From NCBI GenBank assembly GCA_035458985.1, contig DATHYR010000288.1, positions 8,832-72,831 on the forward strand: 64,000 bases of DNA, given 5' to 3'. Shown here piece by piece: positions 59,442 through 64,000 of the stretch. The notes beneath the pieces were generated by a model. It saw only the letters and a program-made list of their open reading frames with translations. It ran no database searches and was not told the origin of the DNA. The position numbers were made by a program, and so were the translations under genes. How positions within the stretch are numbered: the first letter of the stretch is position 1; every line of letters starts with the position of its first letter. The DNA comes from Pseudomonadales bacterium. Its GTDB lineage: Bacteria > Pseudomonadota > Gammaproteobacteria > Pseudomonadales > JAHEIH01.

Positions 59442-59585
59442 GTGCCTGCAGGAGCCATCTCGCCAGAGATAGCAAAAAACTCTAGCCGGAGCGATATACT
59501 CAAGCGCCTCCGGCGGTACCCTTCGTTCCATACGAAGGGTCGAACGGGTATTGGTTAAAATAGCTAAGGATAACAGCCATACAAA

Positions 59586-59621
59586 TAAAAAAGCCCTAGT
59601 CTTTCGACAAGGGCTTTTTTG
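59586..59621. terminator. Bidirectional Rho-independent terminator (tRNA-Arg on the minus strand, CBS operon on the plus strand)
   Basis: AAAAAA-GCCCT...AGGGC-TTTTTT; 7-bp stem AAGCCCT/AGGGCTT with a 12-nt loop. Confidence 0.75.
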
Positions 59622-59627
59622 TTTGTA

Positions 59628-59704
59628 TGGCGCACCCGGAGCGATTCGAACGCCCGACCTACTGGTTCGTAGCCAGTTGCTCTATCCAGCTGAGCTACGG
59701 GTGC
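59628..59704 (-). tRNA. tRNA-Arg (anticodon ACG), CCA encoded
   Basis: The reverse complement reads GCACCCGTAGCTCAGCTGGATAGAGCAACTGGCTACGAACCAGTAGGTCGGGCGTTCGAATCGCTCCGGGTGCGCCA. The anticodon loop is CTACGAA. Confidence 0.95.
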
Positions 59705-59715
59705 GGAGAGCGCGT

Positions 59716-59744
59716 ATATTAGTGATCCACCCCAAAGGTGTCAA
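59716..59744 (-). promoter_or_regulatory. Sigma70-type promoter for tRNA-Arg
   Basis: The minus strand reads TTGACA, a 17-nt spacer, TAATAT, then the GC-rich discriminator ACGCGCTCTCC immediately before the tRNA. Confidence 0.6.
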
Positions 59745-59938
59745 CACTTGGACGCAAAAAAAACATGAAGAAAACTCCATGTGTTTAAGGCTTGATCAAG
59801 TTGCATATTTTTTGGTCAACACAGGACTTGATATCGATCAAAGCGCCCCAAATATTGATTATGTACTATCAGCACATAGAGTGAATTCATCTCGCACTCT
59901 TGTCTGAGAGCATTGGATTGAGATCCACCCAGTTTATT

Positions 59939-59964
59939 GGCCCCATGATTGGGGCCTTTTTTTT
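59939..59964 (+). terminator. Orphan plus-strand Rho-independent terminator upstream of azlC
   Basis: GGCCCCA-tgat-TGGGGCC followed by eight T. No annotated plus-strand gene lies upstream of it. Confidence 0.75.
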
Positions 59965-60033
59965 CAACGTATAACGGCTTGCTCAACCTAGTATCTGTAA
60001 TTACTCTAGCCTTTTTGATCGCAGCAAACATTC

Positions 60034-60726
60034 ATGACTAAACATCGCTCTCTCGCGCTATGGCGCGGCACCCTTGACATGCTTCCACTCAGCTTAGCCG
60101 TATTACCCTGGGGAATTTTATTTGGCTCACTGGCTATCCAGCGCGGATTCAGTGCATGGGAAACTCAGGCAATTTCTGCCTTAGTGTTTGGCGGCGCCGT
60201 TCAAATTGTTTCCATCGAGTTACTCGCACAGGGTACCCCCCTCGTCGCCGTTTTATTTAGCGCCTTTGTTATCAGCTCACGACATTTTTTATACGGCCTT
60301 CATTTGCGCGAGCGAATGTCCTGCCACCCTCTACCATGGCGCTTAAGTATTGGTTTCTTACTGACAGATGAATTATTCGCACTGTCGGGTGATCGTCGGG
60401 CCTACCGCCATAACTTTCGGCTCTGGTATGCCCTTGGCGCGGGAGGCAGCTTTTATCTCGCCTGGAATCTATGGACAGCGATTGGCATTCTTGGCGGCAA
60501 TACTCTCCCTGACCTCAGCCAACTCGGTGTCGAATTTGCTATAGCCGCTATTTTTATTGCGTTAGTGATCCCCAATATCAAAGATCTTGCCAGTGCGGCG
60601 AGCGTCATAATAGCGGCTGGTGTGGCGGTATTTATGGCGACCACTGACAGCCAGGTAGGCTTAATTATTGCCGCCTGTGCAGGCATGGCCGCCGGCTACC
60701 TCGTACAAACGTGTCAGGAGGGGTAA
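60034..60726 (+). CDS. azlC: Branched-chain amino acid exporter subunit AzlC
   Basis: 230-aa polytopic protein of the AzlC family, followed by an overlapping AzlD-like gene. Confidence 0.85.
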   Translation: MTKHRSLALWRGTLDMLPLSLAVLPWGILFGSLAIQRGFSAWETQAISALVFGGAVQIVSIELLAQGTPLVAVLFSAFVISSRHFLYGLHLRERMSCHPLPWRLSIGFLLTDELFALSGDRRAYRHNFRLWYALGAGGSFYLAWNLWTAIGILGGNTLPDLSQLGVEFAIAAIFIALVIPNIKDLASAASVIIAAGVAVFMATTDSQVGLIIAACAGMAAGYLVQTCQEG

Positions 60727-61040
60727 TGATTTTCACCATACTCGCGCTAACCGCCATCACGTTTTCAACCCGCTATTTATTCTTGGAAAAGCACCTCCCT
60801 CTTCGAATGGGGCCGAATCTAAAGCGCGCACTAAGCTTTAGCGGCCCCGCGGTACTGAGCGCAATAACCGCGCCGATATTACTGGTGCATGAGGGTCAGT
60901 TGAACACAGAACTCACCAACCCCTTCCTGTGGGGTGGTTTGGCGGCGATCATCACCGCCCGACTCAGTGCCAATGTGTATGCCACCATGATCGTGGGTGG
61001 TGCTTGCTTTATCGCGGTTAAATTATCACTGGGTACTTAA
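60726..61040 (+). CDS. azlD: Branched-chain amino acid exporter subunit AzlD
   Basis: 104-aa hydrophobic protein. Its ATG overlaps the azlC stop (TAATG), with a GGAGGGG RBS. Confidence 0.8.
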   Translation: MIFTILALTAITFSTRYLFLEKHLPLRMGPNLKRALSFSGPAVLSAITAPILLVHEGQLNTELTNPFLWGGLAAIITARLSANVYATMIVGGACFIAVKLSLGT

Positions 61041-61088
61041 GTAAACCCTTGATGCGCCGACAACTTCCCCATCAACGACACTGGAGAA

Positions 61089-62705
61089 GTGGTCATGCTC
61101 GGATCGACACTCATTGCACGATTTAAAATTCTTTCAGCTATCCTCGCTGTAGTTGTCATCCTCCAAGGTGCGATTGTGCTGTTAAATTCAGGAGCCACCA
61201 ATGCCAGCATTGAGGAAATGGCGGAGCAACATTTGCCGAATCTCAATGATGCACACGAACTAAAATACTCGGTGGCCCAGGTTCAACAATGGTTGCAAGA
61301 TATTGCCGCAACCCGCGGACTCGACGGTCTTGATGACGGGTTTGATACCGCCGAAGAATACGCACAACAGTTTTATACCATCGTTGAGCGATTAGCCCGA
61401 AATGACCCTCAAAACGCTCGAAAATATCGCGATTTAGTGCCCACCTTTGAAGCGTTTTACAGCACAGGCAAGGAAATGGCGCAAGCCTATGTTGACTTTG
61501 GTCCGGCGGGCGGTAATCCAATGATGGGCGAATTTGACGAGGTCGCAGAGGCAATGACCAGCGACGTCGAATCGATGCTCAATCGAATCATTAACACCAG
61601 CCAAAACACGGCCAAACAACAGGAATCGCTGTCTCGCAGTACGCTCTGGTCGGTCATAATTGGCTCTCTACTCGTTCTCGGCGGTGTGATCATTCTGTTT
61701 TTAACCATCTCCAGTAGCTTGCGTTTCTTGCCCACCTTGATTGATGAAATGGATAAAATTGCCGCCGGAGATCTAACCTCTCACATCCACACAGATCGTG
61801 AAGATGAGTTTGGACAATTGGCTACAAGCATGAAAGCCATGCAACAAAAATTGCAGGCCATGATTAGCAAAATTTCAGACATGACCAATCAGCTGAGTGC
61901 CACCAGTGAAGAAATGTCTGCCACTATGTCGGTGTCTAGCCAAAATATTCGCACCCAACAAAGTGAAACAGACCAAATGGCAACGGCCATGATGCAGATG
62001 ACCCAATCGGTGATGGAAGTAGCGCGTAACGTCGCAGAAACGGCTACTGCCGTTAACTCCACCCGCAGTGAGACAGAGCACGGCAAACAAGTGGTCGACC
62101 AAACCTTAGAGGGTATTCGCAGTCTGTCCCACCAAATTGATAATACTGCCAATGTTATCTCAAAGGTTGGCCAAGACAGTGAAAACATTTCCACCGTGTT
62201 AGATGTGATCAAAAGTATTGCCGAACAGACAAATTTACTCGCCTTGAACGCAGCTATTGAAGCGGCCAGGGCCGGCGAACAAGGCCGAGGATTTGCCGTT
62301 GTCGCAGACGAAGTACGCACCTTGGCAGGCCGCACACAAGATTCGACCCAAGAAATTAACGCCATCATTGAACAGCTACAACACGGTGCGCGTCAGGCCG
62401 CTCAATCTATGAATGACTCGCGAGAACAGACGACCCATGTGGTCCATCAAGCCACACAGGCGGGTGAATCTTTGGGGGTTATTGCCGACTCAATCACACA
62501 AATTGACTCGATGAGCAGCATGATTGCCGCGGCTACCGAAGAACAAAATGCCGTCGCTGAAAACATGCAAATGTCAGTGTCGCAAATCAATCAGTCTATC
62601 CATGGCAGCGCGACCAGCGCCGAACAAACCGCTGTAGCCGCTAATGAATTGGCCCGAATGGCAACCACATTACAGAGTATGATGCAGCAGTTTAGAGTGA
62701 GGTAG
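61089..62705 (+). CDS. Methyl-accepting chemotaxis protein (periplasmic helical sensor, HAMP, signalling domain)
   Basis: Two TM helices, a HAMP domain (IAAGDLTSHIH) and [34 protein letters not shown]. Confidence 0.95.
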   Translation: MVMLGSTLIARFKILSAILAVVVILQGAIVLLNSGATNASIEEMAEQHLPNLNDAHELKYSVAQVQQWLQDIAATRGLDGLDDGFDTAEEYAQQFYTIVERLARNDPQNARKYRDLVPTFEAFYSTGKEMAQAYVDFGPAGGNPMMGEFDEVAEAMTSDVESMLNRIINTSQNTAKQQESLSRSTLWSVIIGSLLVLGGVIILFLTISSSLRFLPTLIDEMDKIAAGDLTSHIHTDREDEFGQLATSMKAMQQKLQAMISKISDMTNQLSATSEEMSATMSVSSQNIRTQQSETDQMATAMMQMTQSVMEVARNVAETATAVNSTRSETEHGKQVVDQTLEGIRSLSHQIDNTANVISKVGQDSENISTVLDVIKSIAEQTNLLALNAAIEAARAGEQGRGFAVVADEVRTLAGRTQDSTQEINAIIEQLQHGARQAAQSMNDSREQTTHVVHQATQAGESLGVIADSITQIDSMSSMIAAATEEQNAVAENMQMSVSQINQSIHGSATSAEQTAVAANELARMATTLQSMMQQFRVR

Positions 62706-62733
62706 TCTACAGTTAACGCATTAAGGAGAACTT

Positions 62734-63819
62734 ATGCGAAAAATACTACCTCTCATGCTTCTGGCGTCGGCCTCGGCCCAAGCTGAATTTTCAGCCGTGT
62801 ATACTGTCGATGTTGCCTCAGTACTTGAGGGAGGCATCAAGACCGGCAGTGTTTTTCTGGACAATATCGAAGTGTCTAGCAGCGGTACAACATCACAGGG
62901 TGAATGGAGCGGAACGCTGCTGTACACCAACAGCAATACCTTCTCCGACCTCTATGCCGGCGATGGCCAAGTTGCCAGCAACATAGACAATACCAGTATG
63001 ATTCGCCTGTATGAATTATGGTACCGGCACGATCTGCATGCCCAATCTTGGCAATTTGGTTTAATAGATCTCAACGGGCTATATGACGCCATTGATACTG
63101 CCGGTTTATTCTTGAATTCTTCCCATGGTATTGGGCCCGACTTTTCACAATCCGGGGAAAATGGCCCTTCCATTTTTCCAGTGACCTCCTTGGCATTGAA
63201 TTGGCAATGGCAAGTTACCGAGAACGTCCATTGGCAAGTAGGTGTATTTGATGGCGTGCCCGGTGATCCAGATCACCCCCGCCGCTCCACCATCGATGTC
63301 AACAGTCGTGACGGTGCCCTGATAAGCAGCGAACTGAATATTCAACACGAAGGACGTCGCTATGCGATGGGAGCATGGCGTTACACGGCAGATAGTGAAT
63401 TCACAGATAGCACCGCTACAGGTAAAAATAGTGGTCTCTATGGCATTATAGAAAAGCCTGCTGACGACAGTGAGAACGCGCTTGCTTGGTGGTTACGTGC
63501 GGGTTTGGCCAATCGAGATATCAACAGCGTTGAGAATTATCTAGGTGGCGGGATCACCCTACAACGCTTTAATGACACCCACCCCGAGGATATCCTTGGC
63601 GTTGCCATCGCCTATGCAGCCAGTGCAGATCGTTGGCGTAATACAGAAAATGCCGGCAACGGCGAAACAGCCATTGAGATCAGCTACAGTCGCCAAGTCA
63701 CCGAATGGTTACGGTTACAACCCGATCTACAATATGTGATATCACCCTCCGCCAATAAGGGCCTGGATGATACGCTTATTTTCATTTTGCGCGCCGAGTT
63801 TACCCTAACGCACCTCTAA
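62734..63819 (+). CDS. Carbohydrate-selective porin (OprB family)
   Basis: Signal peptide ending SAQA. OprB-like motifs (LYELWYRH..., GLIDLNG..., LQPDLQYVISP). Confidence 0.7.
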   Translation: MRKILPLMLLASASAQAEFSAVYTVDVASVLEGGIKTGSVFLDNIEVSSSGTTSQGEWSGTLLYTNSNTFSDLYAGDGQVASNIDNTSMIRLYELWYRHDLHAQSWQFGLIDLNGLYDAIDTAGLFLNSSHGIGPDFSQSGENGPSIFPVTSLALNWQWQVTENVHWQVGVFDGVPGDPDHPRRSTIDVNSRDGALISSELNIQHEGRRYAMGAWRYTADSEFTDSTATGKNSGLYGIIEKPADDSENALAWWLRAGLANRDINSVENYLGGGITLQRFNDTHPEDILGVAIAYAASADRWRNTENAGNGETAIEISYSRQVTEWLRLQPDLQYVISPSANKGLDDTLIFILRAEFTLTHL

Positions 63820-64000
63820 CTAAGCTGCTGTATGGCGGCAATCAGATCCTCTAAAATAACCGGCTTATGCAGATATTCATTCATACCGGAGGCTAGCGCG
63901 GCGTCTTTATCCTCCACAATACTGTTGCCCGAGAGCCCAATAATAGGTAATTGCTTTAACCCAAGCTCTCGTATTTTTCTCGCCAGCTGAAGTCCATCCA
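63816..64000 (-). CDS. Receiver (REC) domain C-terminus of a response regulator or hybrid kinase, 5'-truncated by the window edge
   Basis: My manual translation of the minus strand gives DGLQLARKIRELGLKQLPIIGLSGNSIVEDKDAALASGMNEYLHKPVILEDLIAAIQQLS*. It contains the LHKP motif of receiver domains. Confidence 0.7.
   Translation of the reverse strand, partial: DGLQLARKIRELGLKQLPIIGLSGNSIVEDKDAALASGMNEYLHKPVILEDLIAAIQQLS

Noticed and set aside
59551-60031. ORFs 59551-59907 (+) and 59816-60031 (-)
   Set aside because: The first runs antisense across tRNA-Arg and its promoter. The second spans the orphan terminator. Neither has an RBS or recognisable motifs.
1-64000. CRISPR arrays, rRNA genes, integrases, intact IS elements, prophage or conjugation genes, and known multi-gene defence systems (RM, CBASS, Thoeris, Gabija and similar)
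   Set aside because: I saw no regularly spaced repeats and no proteins with the corresponding signatures in any frame. The only mobile-element trace is the IS3 fragment and the att-like repeat at tRNA-Leu.

Overview
This 64-kb chromosomal window is probably from a marine gammaproteobacterium, judged from gene content (CrbS/CrbR, H-NOX/HnoK, VC_2705-type symporter). GC is roughly 50-55% by spot counts. It is densely coding, with about 60 genes, mostly core functions. Chemotaxis and signalling: two MCPs, H-NOX/HnoK, CrbS/CrbR, a GGDEF protein, a STAS protein and a partial receiver domain. Transport: FeoAB, an RND pump, YhhQ, Pit, a DUF4212/SSS symporter, porins, AzlCD and YeeE-like proteins. 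Redox and stress: AhpCF-OxyR and SthA. Amino-acid and carbon metabolism: Ior-type oxidoreductase plus leucine dehydrogenase under an Lrp-type regulator, Ald, IlvC, PurEK, an acyl-CoA dehydrogenase and a crotonase. RNA genes: tRNA-Leu(CAG) and tRNA-Arg(ACG). Two spots look accessory or unexplained. (i) tRNA-Leu carries a 21-bp att-like direct repeat of its 3' end 211 bp downstream, followed by an IS3 transposase fragment and a low-GC GGDEF gene. (ii) A three-gene module of unknown function lies at 27.5-30.6 kb: two tandem, membrane-anchored DUF4041/T5orf172-like paralogues and a divergently transcribed small ORF. They are separated by an AT-rich region with a duplicated 12-mer. This is my best candidate for an undescribed system. 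A conserved but functionally unexplained operon (DUF4212-SSS-hypothetical-DUF294 nucleotidyltransferase-DEDDh exonuclease) sits next to CrbS/CrbR. I saw no rRNA, CRISPR array, intact IS, integrase or prophage genes. All family assignments come from motif recognition by eye; no searches were run.
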